Source: Sphingobacterium thalpophilum (lineage in GTDB: Bacteria > Bacteroidota > Bacteroidia > Sphingobacteriales > Sphingobacteriaceae). From it: a stretch of 64,000 nucleotides of DNA. Positions 20,253 through 30,043 of the stretch are shown here, piece after piece; position 1 is the first letter of the stretch; every line of letters begins with the position of its first letter. The stretch lies in contig CAMBMM010000002.1 of assembly GCA_945868825.1 (NCBI GenBank), positions 54,252-118,251 on the forward strand, given 5' to 3'. A model generated the notes under the pieces. The model saw nothing but the letters and a program-made list of their open reading frames with translations, ran no database searches and was not told the origin of the DNA. A program made the position numbers and the translations under genes.

Positions 20253-21650
20253 TTAATCCAAGCCATCAACTTTAATAGCCACCTTGCCCTTTGCTTCTAA
20301 CATAGATACAATGGCTTGTGGAGTTAAAATAAGTTTGCCGGGTTGTATGGTAGTTAATGCACCGCTCACATGAATGCCTTTTACGGGTTGATATCCCTTA
20401 AGGTAGGCTGCAGCTGTTTTTTCTCCGTTAGTTAAATACTCGGCAATAGAAAAACGGCAGCTTTCTTGAATTTTTTTGGCAATTAGCCCATGTACCAACC
20501 AATCGCCGGTTTTAAGTAATTTATTTTTAGAATCTAGTACAAAATCTACACCCTCTAAATACACCTCTTTTGTGGCGGCATCGTATTTAGGTATTCCGCT
20601 CAAGTAAAAGGTCCCAGTTACAGTTCCGCTCATGTTTAGCGCAACTATTAATTTACCTTCTTTTCCCCACAAATCGATGTGGTTAATGGTAACCGCTCTT
20701 TTACCCGAACTAAAGGTTTGCCCCGCAAAATTTTGCTGCACCAAGGCCGCAGCATTGGCGTAGGTTATAATATTGGCTACGCTTAAATTAAAATCGGTTG
20801 TAGGCAGGGTATTGGGAACCAAATTGAGCTGGGTTTTATCGAATTTAAGACTAGGTTGGGCGTTAATTGACGTTTCAATATAGGCTTTCATACCCAAGTT
20901 GAAACTGATTTTTTGATTGGCCACCGTAGTAGGGCTAGCATACAAAGCCAAGGGCTGCATGCCCACCCAAACTTTATACGCTGGGTTTACTTCTATAGGC
21001 TTAGCTAATTGTTCTAGGGCCGCTACTACATAAGGTTTTATATCGAAAGATTGGGCAATGGCATCGTCTACTTTTTTAGCTAGTTTGCCTTTAAATATAG
21101 AAAGTACCGGATTGATGAGGTAGGTCACAGGCAACTCTCTGCCGGCAATAACAATGCTCGGACTTTCTACCCAATCAATATCTTCTATTTGGGTTTGGGT
21201 TGCCAATTTCCAGTTTTGAACGGCAACTGCAGAATTTAATTTAATTACGCCATTTAAATTTACTTCACGGGTATCGTATACCGAGAGGCCGAATTTATCG
21301 ATACCGTATTTCACTTTTACCCAGATTTTTAAAGGCAATTCCATAGCCAATCTGCCATTCACTTCTTTAATTACAATGGGTGCTTCTTTCCATACTTTTA
21401 GCATCACCTTATCGTCTTCCAAATTGACATCTTCATAAATTAAGCCACTTAAATGCGTATTGGTTTGATTTTGAAGATCGGCTACCTGAATTTCTAAAGG
21501 AATATTGGCATAAGAAATCTGTTTATCGTAAACAATCTCGGTAGTATAACTAGCCTCAGGCTTTAAGGCAGCAATTTTAGAGCTGGTTCCGCAGGCACTT
21601 AGTAATGTAGTCGCACCAATTAGTACAGCTAGAAGATGGGGGATTTTCAT
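20253..21650 (-). CDS. DUF4403-like lipoprotein
   Basis: Likely start MKIPHLLAVLIGATTLLSACG (ATG at 21650). The size and beta-rich composition fit DUF4403 as I recall it. The family assignment is tentative. Confidence 0.5.
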   Translation of the reverse strand: MKIPHLLAVLIGATTLLSACGTSSKIAALKPEASYTTEIVYDKQISYANIPLEIQVADLQNQTNTHLSGLIYEDVNLEDDKVMLKVWKEAPIVIKEVNGRLAMELPLKIWVKVKYGIDKFGLSVYDTREVNLNGVIKLNSAVAVQNWKLATQTQIEDIDWVESPSIVIAGRELPVTYLINPVLSIFKGKLAKKVDDAIAQSFDIKPYVVAALEQLAKPIEVNPAYKVWVGMQPLALYASPTTVANQKISFNLGMKAYIETSINAQPSLKFDKTQLNLVPNTLPTTDFNLSVANIITYANAAALVQQNFAGQTFSSGKRAVTINHIDLWGKEGKLIVALNMSGTVTGTFYLSGIPKYDAATKEVYLEGVDFVLDSKNKLLKTGDWLVHGLIAKKIQESCRFSIAEYLTNGEKTAAAYLKGYQPVKGIHVSGALTTIQPGKLILTPQAIVSMLEAKGKVAIKVDGLD

Positions 21651-21776
21651 ATGAGGTTTTATGATATACACAAAGGTATCGATGCACTTTGGCTTTCTAA
21701 AACGAATAACATTATTTAACATTATGCCAGGCATTTAGTATATTAGAATATTGTGAATTTGTATCAATAGGAAAAA

Positions 21777-21845
21777 ATGAAATTAGCTATACTTTCTGCC
21801 ATTGTTGTAGTGATATTAATCATTATGCGAAGAAATAGAAGATAA
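21777..21845 (+). CDS. candidate 22-codon hydrophobic small ORF (MKLAILSAIVVVILIIMRRNRR) abutting corA
   Basis: ATG-initiated. One TM-like helix plus an RRNRR tail. Its stop codon lies 1 nt before the corA ATG. Confidence 0.25.
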   Translation: MKLAILSAIVVVILIIMRRNRR

Positions 21846-21846
21846 C

Positions 21847-22752
21847 ATGTCCATCATACGTCTCAAACACACAGAAAATGGTTTTAATTGGATAGATGTA
21901 AGCAACCCAACCACTGCCGAATTGCAAGAACTAAGTGCAGAGTTTGGCTTAAACCAGTATACCTTAGCCGACTGCCTAGAACCCGATCATTTGCCCAAGG
22001 CCGAAGACCTGGGTGCTGTTAAATTTCTAATTACCCGAAAAATACTAGATGAAGTAATAGGTCAAAAGCTGCACACCGTACAACAATTAAGTACCAAGGT
22101 GGCCATATTTTTTAACGAAGATTTTATAATTACCGTACACCGCTTGCCCCAAGCATTTATTACAGAGTTACAAGCTTCTTTCGAGCAAAAATTGGTGTAC
22201 AAAAACCCTGCTCAGCTTGCCGCTAAAATTTTGTTACAGGTTTTACAATCGTATAATAACCCCACTTTACAGTTAGCTGCCGAACTCGATAAATACGAAA
22301 CGGCTGTATTTTTGCGCCGTACCCAGGCAAACATTTTAAGTGAGTTGTATTACCTAAAGCGCAAAATAAATATCATTATTAAGTTACTGATTTTAACAGA
22401 AGATATAATGCATGCGCTGAATGCCTATAAAGCGCATAATTTGGCCTTACAAGATGCCAAAGACCTACAAACCAAATTGCTCACCCTCTTTAATCAATTG
22501 CATGATGATGTAGGGAATTTACAGCAGATTTACCTCTCCATATCGGCACAAAAAACAAATGAGGTAATGAAAGTATTAACTACTTTTTCGGTGTTCTTTT
22601 TGCCCCTCACCTTTATTGTAGGGGTTTATGGCATGAATTTTAAATTTATGCCCGAGCTAGAAAGTGCCTGGGGTTACCCTATAGTATGGGCTAGTATGGT
22701 AGCCATTACGGTAATAATTTACTGGTGGTTTAAGCGTAAAAAATGGTTTTAG
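21847..22752 (+). CDS. corA: CorA-family magnesium/cobalt transporter
   Basis: Two C-terminal TM helices with the YGMNF signature. Confidence 0.85.
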   Translation: MSIIRLKHTENGFNWIDVSNPTTAELQELSAEFGLNQYTLADCLEPDHLPKAEDLGAVKFLITRKILDEVIGQKLHTVQQLSTKVAIFFNEDFIITVHRLPQAFITELQASFEQKLVYKNPAQLAAKILLQVLQSYNNPTLQLAAELDKYETAVFLRRTQANILSELYYLKRKINIIIKLLILTEDIMHALNAYKAHNLALQDAKDLQTKLLTLFNQLHDDVGNLQQIYLSISAQKTNEVMKVLTTFSVFFLPLTFIVGVYGMNFKFMPELESAWGYPIVWASMVAITVIIYWWFKRKKWF

Positions 22753-23525
22753 TGCTCTATGCGCCTTAATTGTTGGAGCAATAAGGCGTTCTTCTCCATC
22801 ATCTTCATCAATAAGGAATTATAGCTGGAGTATCTATCACGGAATACTTTGCATTGAAATATTAACTTATCTGCTGTTAGTATTTTCTTCGTTTCTGGTA
22901 ATTGAAATATAAAGTCGTGATACTTCTTCGCATTTATAGCAGAGTTTCCGCTCTTTATATCCGTATTACTTACTTGATCTGGCCTTGTAATCAATAAATG
23001 ACCAATCGGAAGGTTGCGATCGAAAAAATCCATACCATCTTTATCGTAAATGGCATTGTTGTCTTGCAATTGCTTAAACATTACCTCGTAATAGTACGAA
23101 ATTTCGAAACGTAGCGAACGTGCACTGATATAACTGAGCATGCCACTCGATTGTATATTTTTAAAGGTGGTATTATTTATAAAAACCGTATTGTAAGATG
23201 GGAATGGTTTCATTGTTTTATATACCGCTACCAATTGCTCATAGCTTATGGCACCCGAATGGTAGTCATATAATAAGTTATCGAATTGTAAAAGTGTTGA
23301 ATCACCTTGCGGATAACTAGCTATTAAGGAGGTCATTTTAGTGGAGTCTGATCTTAAATCCTCCACCAATGACTGATAATTTTCTTGCATTTTGGCCTCT
23401 ATTAGGCTATGTTCCCGGTAATTTTCGGCAAAAAAACCAAGCGTAACGGCGGTAAACAGCATTAAAAATTCGGTAAAATATTCCGTTATTTTTTTGGGGA
23501 TATGGTGTTTATGGTGTACTTCCAC
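22749..23525 (-). CDS. hypothetical membrane-anchored protein
   Basis: Single N-terminal TM segment (FLMLFTAVTLGFFA). No recognised motif. It overlaps the corA stop by 4 nt (convergent). Confidence 0.5.
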   Translation of the reverse strand: MEVHHKHHIPKKITEYFTEFLMLFTAVTLGFFAENYREHSLIEAKMQENYQSLVEDLRSDSTKMTSLIASYPQGDSTLLQFDNLLYDYHSGAISYEQLVAVYKTMKPFPSYNTVFINNTTFKNIQSSGMLSYISARSLRFEISYYYEVMFKQLQDNNAIYDKDGMDFFDRNLPIGHLLITRPDQVSNTDIKSGNSAINAKKYHDFIFQLPETKKILTADKLIFQCKVFRDRYSSYNSLLMKMMEKNALLLQQLRRIEH

Positions 23526-23621
23526 AAGTCTTAAATTATATGTTTAACCAAACATAATAATAAGATTGTATACAAAAAAATGAGGTTTAAATAATTACGC
23601 TCAGTTATTAACTAATACTTT

Positions 23622-23700
23622 GACCGGATTATAATCTTGCAAGGGATAAGATGATTGACCATTACCGGAATTTGTTTGGCAATGAGTTTTTCGATATCCT
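23622..23700 (-). pseudogene. decayed fragment of the DEAD-box helicase gene (codons for KDIEKLIAKQIPV...)
   Basis: Hand alignment to 25293..25373 shows roughly 85 percent identity. It translates to KDIEKLIAKQIPVMVNH, then a 1-nt indel breaks the frame. Confidence 0.6.
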
Positions 23701-23768
23701 TGTAGCGCTGGCTAGTAGGATGAAAAATGGTTTTAAAGAATAGAAAATAGACCCGAAATTAAAAAAAC

Positions 23769-25151
23769 ATGAATTTAACCATTTGGGGTGCAGCGCAACA
23801 GGTTACAGGTAGTATGCACCTCCTTCAAACAGATCAGTACCAGATATTGATAGATTGTGGGCTCGATTACGAACGCAACAGCTCCCAAGAACAAAACGAA
23901 GAGTTTCCTTTTAATCCGGCCGAAATTGATGTAGTCATTTTAACCCATGCCCACATAGACCATTCGGGTAATTTACCCACTTTAATTCGCATGGGCTTTA
24001 CTGGCCAAATCCTGTGTACTCACGCCACTAAAGATTTAGCCGAACTACTGCTGTTAGATTCAGTAAGTATTTTCTTAAGCAAACAAAGGGCACGTGCTAA
24101 AGGAAAACATAGAAAAAGCCAAGGCCCCAATCCGCTATACTTACAAAAACACGTTCACGAAACCATCGATAAGATGGTAGATATTGCTTTTAATAAGCCT
24201 TTTCAAGTAAACGAACACATTGCGGTAGAATTTATACCAATAGGCCATTTGTTAGGTGCCGCCGCAGTGGTATTACGAATTGTAGAAGCAGGTATAGAGA
24301 AAAAAATAACGTTTACTGGCGATATTGGTAGAAAAAACTATCCATTACTCCCAGATCCACAAGTTTTGCCTTTAGTTGATTTTCTGGTTTGCGAATCTAC
24401 CTATGGAGGTCGTTTTCATAGTCAAGGAACAAGCATTGAAGAAAAATTAACAGAAACTATCCAACAAGCCTGCATTAAAACCCCAGGCCGTTTAATTATT
24501 CCGGCATTTAGTATAGGGCGCACTCAATCGCTTATATATACGCTTAACCGCATTTTTTTAGAAAAGGGGCTCCCTCCCGTTCCTATATTTGTTGATAGCC
24601 CTTTAGCACAATACGCCACAGAAGTTTACCGTAAACACCGCAACTTATTACACCCAGAGGCGCAAGCTTTTTATGCGCATCATGGCGATGAATATGAATT
24701 CGAAAACCTTACGTACACCCAAAATTTAAAGGAGAGCAAAGCCATCACCAATTTTTATGAGCCTTGTATTATTATTTCATCAGCCGGCATGCTAGAAGGT
24801 GGCCGTATACAAGATCATTTATATTATAATGTACAAAACTTCTACTGCACCTTGCTATTTATTGGCTTTTGTGCCCCAGGCACCTTAGGCCATAAATTAT
24901 TACGTGGCGATTCTTTTGTGCGTATTCGCGATAGGGAGTTGCCCGTGTATGCCACTATTGAAAAAACCGATTTATTGAGTGGACATGGTGATCATGCTGA
25001 TTTAATGCAGGTAATTACGCAGCAAAAAAATCTGCAAAAATTATTTTTAGTACACGGAGACCCTAATAGTATGAAAGAACTTGCCCAAAGTGCTTCTGAA
25101 TTGGGTTTTGAGGCTTGTATTCCTAAAAAAGGGACGCAGTATACGCTCTAA
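23769..25151 (+). CDS. MBL-fold metallo-hydrolase with beta-CASP/RNA-specificity domain
   Basis: HAHIDHSG motif, a later ESTYG, and a C-terminal SGHGD...VHGD; 460 aa. Confidence 0.85.
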   Translation: MNLTIWGAAQQVTGSMHLLQTDQYQILIDCGLDYERNSSQEQNEEFPFNPAEIDVVILTHAHIDHSGNLPTLIRMGFTGQILCTHATKDLAELLLLDSVSIFLSKQRARAKGKHRKSQGPNPLYLQKHVHETIDKMVDIAFNKPFQVNEHIAVEFIPIGHLLGAAAVVLRIVEAGIEKKITFTGDIGRKNYPLLPDPQVLPLVDFLVCESTYGGRFHSQGTSIEEKLTETIQQACIKTPGRLIIPAFSIGRTQSLIYTLNRIFLEKGLPPVPIFVDSPLAQYATEVYRKHRNLLHPEAQAFYAHHGDEYEFENLTYTQNLKESKAITNFYEPCIIISSAGMLEGGRIQDHLYYNVQNFYCTLLFIGFCAPGTLGHKLLRGDSFVRIRDRELPVYATIEKTDLLSGHGDHADLMQVITQQKNLQKLFLVHGDPNSMKELAQSASELGFEACIPKKGTQYTL

Positions 25152-25169
25152 AATAGCAATAACAGGTTA

Positions 25170-26441
25170 TTAATACTTCGACCGCGATTTTGCAAACCAA
25201 CTTCTACCGCCTGTAGCCGGCTTAGCGCTTCCTTGGGTTTTGGGGGTTTGATGACCTTTATCGCGACGACCCTGTTGTTGTTTAGGTGCTTTTACCGGGT
25301 TGTGGTCTTGCAGGGGATAGGGGTGATTGGCAATTACCGGAATTTGCTTGGCAATAAGTTTTTCGATATCCTTTAAAAAGGCTTTTTCTTCCGCATCGCA
25401 AAAAGAGAAGGCACTGCCTTTTGCTCCTGCTCTACCAGTACGACCGATACGGTGTACATACGTTTCCGGAATGTTGGGCAATTCGTAGTTCAATACATAT
25501 TCCAATTCGTCTACATCAATACCACGAGCGGCAATATCAGTAGCTACCAATACCCGGGTGGTTTGGGCTTTAAAGTTATTTAAGGCCCGCTGACGGGCAT
25601 TTTGCGCCTTGTTGCCGTGTATAGCTTCGGCCGTAATGCGGTATTTTAGCAAAAGCTTTACCACTTTATCGGCACCGTGTTTAGTACGGGTAAATACCAA
25701 CATGGTTTTAATTTCTGGGCTTTTTAGAATATCTACCAATAGCGCTGCTTTATTCCCTTTATCTACAAAATAAATAGCCTGATTGATAATTTCTACCGTA
25801 GAAGAAACCGGCGTAACCGATACTTGTTTAGGCTTATTTAAAATACTGTCTGATAGTTTAATAATATCGGGCGGCATGGTGGCCGAGAAAAACAGCGACT
25901 GGCGTTGCTTAGGCAACACCGTAAGTAGTTTTTTTACATCGTGTATAAAACCCATATCGAGCATACGATCGGCTTCATCGAGTACAAAAATTTCTACATC
26001 TCTGAGGCTTAAAAAACCTTGGTTCATTAAATCTAACAAGCGGCCGGGCGTGGCAATAACCACATCTACTCCAGTTCTTAGGGCATTTACTTGAGCACCT
26101 TGGCTTACTCCGCCAAAAATAACGCTGCAGGTAAGTCCTGTATGACGGCCATAGGCTTTAAAGCTTTCGCCAATCTGAATGGCCAATTCTCTGGTGGGGG
26201 TAACAATTAAACTGCGTATTTTTTTCTTCTTATCGAAGTTTTTATTGGCACTTAATAACTGTAGAATAGGAATGGTAAAGGCAGCTGTTTTTCCGGTGCC
26301 GGTTTGCGCACAACCTAATAAATCGTTTCCTTCTAATACTAAGGGAATGGCTTGTACTTGTATGGGTGTTGGGGTAGTATAACCTTCGTGTTTAAGCGCT
26401 TTTAAAATAGGCTCTATAAGGTTTAAATCTTGAAATTGCAT
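25170..26441 (-). CDS. DEAD-box ATP-dependent RNA helicase with basic C-terminal tail
   Basis: Q-motif region, AQTGTGKT, DEAD, SAT and HRIGRTGRAG. Start preferred at MQFQDLNL (26441). Confidence 0.9.
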   Translation of the reverse strand: MQFQDLNLIEPILKALKHEGYTTPTPIQVQAIPLVLEGNDLLGCAQTGTGKTAAFTIPILQLLSANKNFDKKKKIRSLIVTPTRELAIQIGESFKAYGRHTGLTCSVIFGGVSQGAQVNALRTGVDVVIATPGRLLDLMNQGFLSLRDVEIFVLDEADRMLDMGFIHDVKKLLTVLPKQRQSLFFSATMPPDIIKLSDSILNKPKQVSVTPVSSTVEIINQAIYFVDKGNKAALLVDILKSPEIKTMLVFTRTKHGADKVVKLLLKYRITAEAIHGNKAQNARQRALNNFKAQTTRVLVATDIAARGIDVDELEYVLNYELPNIPETYVHRIGRTGRAGAKGSAFSFCDAEEKAFLKDIEKLIAKQIPVIANHPYPLQDHNPVKAPKQQQGRRDKGHQTPKTQGSAKPATGGRSWFAKSRSKY

Positions 26442-26533
26442 GTATGTGTTTAAGGGTGATGTTGGAGCAATGAGAACCAATGCTCTCTAAAATTTGTGCA
26501 AGATACGGCTTTTATTTCGGACAAGCCTTTCTG

Positions 26534-26575
26534 CATCAAAAAAAGGCCTCTCCAAGTAATGAAGAGGCCTTTTGA
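26534..26575 (-). terminator. rho-independent terminator after the aldehyde dehydrogenase gene
   Basis: Stem aaaggcctct/agaggccttt followed by a T-run on the minus strand. Confidence 0.75.
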
Positions 26576-26592
26576 AAAGAGGTACTTTTATT

Positions 26593-28218
26593 TTAAAACA
26601 AATACTTCGTACTTAAGAAATTAGAACTGTGGGTATCTACAATCTCGTTAAACAAATGCTTATTGCTATCGTTTAATTTGGTAGCTACCAAAGATCGGAT
26701 AGAAAATGCACGTAAGGCATCTACTACTGAAAGTGTTCCTTCGGCACTATCTTTACGGCCCGTAAATGGAAACACATCGGGGCCACGTTGGCATTGGCAA
26801 TTGATGTTTACTCTACTTACCTGATTTATTAGCGGATCAATTAAAGTGGCTACTTCGTCTTTATCTTGACTAAAAATACTCACTTGTTGTCCGTGGGTAG
26901 ATTCGATGAGGTAGTTGATAGGTTCTTCCAAATCATCAAAAGGTACTACCGGAATAAGCGGACCAAATTGCTCTTCGGTATAGAGTTTCATGTTTTTGTT
27001 TACCGGATACAAAATGGCCGGATACACAAATGATTCTACCGTTTCGCCACCACCTGGGTTTATAACTTTGGCACCATGGGCAAGGGCATCAGTAATGCAT
27101 TCTTTTAAATAGGCCGGTTTTTGCGGTTCTGGAAGTGGGGTTAATGCCACACCCGGATCCCAAGGCATACCGGGTTTAAGAGCCGAAACGGCTGCTGTAA
27201 GCCCTTTCAAAAATTCATCAACTAGGCTACGGTGTACAAATACTATTTTAAGTGCTGTACAACGTTGTCCGTTAAAGGAAAGTGCGCCCAACACGGTTTC
27301 TTGAACAGCTAATTTTAAATCGGCTTTAGCCGTAATTATAGCTGCATTTTTAGCATCTAAACCTAAAATAGCACGCAAACGATTCACTTTAGGGTGCAAT
27401 TTTTTCAATTGATTGGCTACTTTACTAGAACCAATAAGGGTTAATACATTAATTTTTCCCGATTCCATAAGCGCCGGAACAATGGTATTTCCTCTGCCAT
27501 AAATGGTGTTTACCACACCCTTTGGGAAACATTTTTTAAAGGCTTCCAACAAAGGGTAATGCAATAAAGTACCGTGTTTAGGTGGTTTAAACAATATGGT
27601 ATTGCCCATAATAAGGGCCGGAATAAGGGTAGTAAAGGTTTCGTTTAGTGGATAGTTAAAGGGGCCCATGCACAATACCACACCCAGCGGCGAACGGCGA
27701 ACTTGAGCAATAATGCCTTGTTCTATTTCAAATCTAGAAGATTGACGATCGATATCTTTTAAGGCATCAATAGTGGCGTAAATGTACTCTATGGTGCGGT
27801 CAAATTCTTTCACAGAATCGCCATGCGATTTGCCAATTTCCCACATCAACAATTTAACCACTTCGTCTTTTTTCTCTATAATTTCATGCGTAAAGCGCTC
27901 AACACAGGCAATGCGTTCGGCTACACTCATGGTAGGCCATTCGCCACGACCATTGTTATAGGCCGCTACGGCGGCATCTAAGGCTTCATTGGCTTCTTTT
28001 TGGGTACACAATGGGTAACTGCCTATCACTTTTCGCTCTAGGCCATTGGCTGTTTGTATACAAATGGGCGACGATACGGTATGGCGTTCACCATTCCAGG
28101 GTTTCATTTGTCCATTACATAGGTATTCGCCTTGGTGTAACTCAGAAGTTAAACGAAAAGCTTCCGGAATTTGCGCTTCGGCAACAAAAATGTTTGTTAG
28201 TGTTTCTTGTAAAATCAT
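26593..28218 (-). CDS. aldehyde dehydrogenase family protein (GapN-like, NADP-dependent type)
   Basis: ALDH-superfamily length and blocks (FNGQRCTA catalytic Cys region, EEQFGP). Confidence 0.8.
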   Translation of the reverse strand: MILQETLTNIFVAEAQIPEAFRLTSELHQGEYLCNGQMKPWNGERHTVSSPICIQTANGLERKVIGSYPLCTQKEANEALDAAVAAYNNGRGEWPTMSVAERIACVERFTHEIIEKKDEVVKLLMWEIGKSHGDSVKEFDRTIEYIYATIDALKDIDRQSSRFEIEQGIIAQVRRSPLGVVLCMGPFNYPLNETFTTLIPALIMGNTILFKPPKHGTLLHYPLLEAFKKCFPKGVVNTIYGRGNTIVPALMESGKINVLTLIGSSKVANQLKKLHPKVNRLRAILGLDAKNAAIITAKADLKLAVQETVLGALSFNGQRCTALKIVFVHRSLVDEFLKGLTAAVSALKPGMPWDPGVALTPLPEPQKPAYLKECITDALAHGAKVINPGGGETVESFVYPAILYPVNKNMKLYTEEQFGPLIPVVPFDDLEEPINYLIESTHGQQVSIFSQDKDEVATLIDPLINQVSRVNINCQCQRGPDVFPFTGRKDSAEGTLSVVDALRAFSIRSLVATKLNDSNKHLFNEIVDTHSSNFLSTKYLF

Positions 28219-28240
28219 AGGTCAAATGTAAAAAATAAAT

Positions 28241-29929
28241 CTACCAATAAATAGTGTATAATGCCGTAATAATACCCATTACCAATACCGCCCCTACAAT
28301 AAACGAGGGCTGTGGCTTAAACATACTTTTATCTATTTCTAAACCTTTCGGGTTGTTGCCATTTCTGTTTTCGAACAAGCTGATGATAACCATGGCTAGT
28401 ACCGCAATGGCAAATACAAAACCCATACGGTCTATAAATGGAATTTCATATACAGCGCTTCCATTGGCTTGGGTAACCAGTTTCGAAAATCCATAGGGAC
28501 TTAAAAAGGCTAGGTTTGCAAAGCTGGGTAATACTTTAAAAAATACGGATAAGCAGAAACCACCAATGGTAGCAAATAAGGCAGCGTTTGATGTAGTGCG
28601 TTTCCAGAAAAAGCCAAGAATAAACATGGCAAAAACACCTGGTGAAACAAAGCCGGTATACTCTTGAATAAATTGGAAGCCTCCTTTTTTATCGATACCT
28701 AAATGTGGCGCAATAAGTATGGCCAGTAACATAGCCACTACTACCGTAATGCGACCAATAATGACTTGTTTATGCTCGTTGGCATCTTTATCTACTAGTT
28801 TCTTATACACATCTAGGGTAAAAATGGTGGCAATGCTATTGGCCTTACCGGCTAGTGAAGCTACAATGGCAGCAGTTAGTGCGGCAAAAGAAAGTCCTTT
28901 TAAACCGGCAGGCAATAAGTTTAGCAATACCGGATAAGCTGTATCGGGCACCAGTTCTCCATTTCTAAGCATATCGCCTTGGAAATTTCCGTAACCCTCT
29001 TTATACAATACAAAGGCGGCAATACCTGGCAATACCACGATTAATGGCATGAGTAATTTTAAGAAGGCAGCGAATAAAATACCACTACGAGCAGTTTTTA
29101 AATCGGCACCAAGGGCACGTTGCGTAATATATTGGTTGCAACCCCAGTAGTTTAAGTTTACAATAAGCATGCCTCCTATTAATACCGATAAGCCAGGCAA
29201 ATCCATATAATGGGCATTATCTTGTTTAAAAATCATATGGAAATGATCGGAAGCTTTTTGGGTAACTAAGTTAAAACCATTGAGCACGCCAGAGGTACCA
29301 AAATGGTTGGCTACCAATTGTAGGGCTAAATAGGTGGTTACCAATCCCCCTAAGATTAAGAAAAATACTTGAATGACATCGGTATACCCAATTACCTTCA
29401 TACCACCCAGCGTAATAACAATAGCGAAGATGGAGAGTAGGTACATACACACCGTAATATCTAAGCCCGAAATGCTATTAATGGCCAATGCGCCTAAGTA
29501 CAATATGGAGGTAAGATTGACCACCACATAAAGCAATAACCAAAAAATAGCCATAATCATAGCTACTGTGCCGTTATACCGCTGATGTAAAAATTGCGGC
29601 ATGGTATAAATTTTGTTTTTAAGGTATACCGGAATAAAAAATACGGCTACAATAATTAGCGTTGCGGCAGCCATCCATTCGTAGGTGGCAATGGCTAGGC
29701 CCATGGTAAAGCCCGAACTGCTCATGCCTATAAATTGCTCGGCGGAAATGTTGGAGGCAATGAGAGAGGCGCCTATGGCCCACCAGGTAAGCGAATCTTT
29801 GGCCAAGAAAAAATCTTTAGAATTTTCGGCATCGGCCTTTTTTTGGCGGTACACGTAATAGCCGTACAGGGCTACAATTAAAAAGTAAACTAAGAATACC
29901 AGGTAATCTGCGGTTTGTAAGATTTTCAT
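28241..29929 (-). CDS. sodium:solute symporter (SSF/SGLT) family transporter
   Basis: About 13-14 TM segments, 562 aa, SSF-like blocks (WWAIGASLIASNISAEQFIG). Confidence 0.85.
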   Translation of the reverse strand: MKILQTADYLVFLVYFLIVALYGYYVYRQKKADAENSKDFFLAKDSLTWWAIGASLIASNISAEQFIGMSSSGFTMGLAIATYEWMAAATLIIVAVFFIPVYLKNKIYTMPQFLHQRYNGTVAMIMAIFWLLLYVVVNLTSILYLGALAINSISGLDITVCMYLLSIFAIVITLGGMKVIGYTDVIQVFFLILGGLVTTYLALQLVANHFGTSGVLNGFNLVTQKASDHFHMIFKQDNAHYMDLPGLSVLIGGMLIVNLNYWGCNQYITQRALGADLKTARSGILFAAFLKLLMPLIVVLPGIAAFVLYKEGYGNFQGDMLRNGELVPDTAYPVLLNLLPAGLKGLSFAALTAAIVASLAGKANSIATIFTLDVYKKLVDKDANEHKQVIIGRITVVVAMLLAILIAPHLGIDKKGGFQFIQEYTGFVSPGVFAMFILGFFWKRTTSNAALFATIGGFCLSVFFKVLPSFANLAFLSPYGFSKLVTQANGSAVYEIPFIDRMGFVFAIAVLAMVIISLFENRNGNNPKGLEIDKSMFKPQPSFIVGAVLVMGIITALYTIYW

Positions 29930-30002
29930 ATAGGTATAGGAACGGTTATAATTGGTGATTATAAAAGATGAAATTAAAAATAATATTATAAAATGGGCTA
30001 TA

Positions 30003-30041
30003 AAACAAAAAACCTCCGCAATAGGTTGCGGAGGTTTTTTG
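30003..30041. terminator. bidirectional-looking terminator downstream of the 30044..31384 gene
   Basis: Stem aacctccgca/tgcggaggtt flanked by an A-run and a T-run. Confidence 0.75.
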
Positions 30042-30043
30042 TT

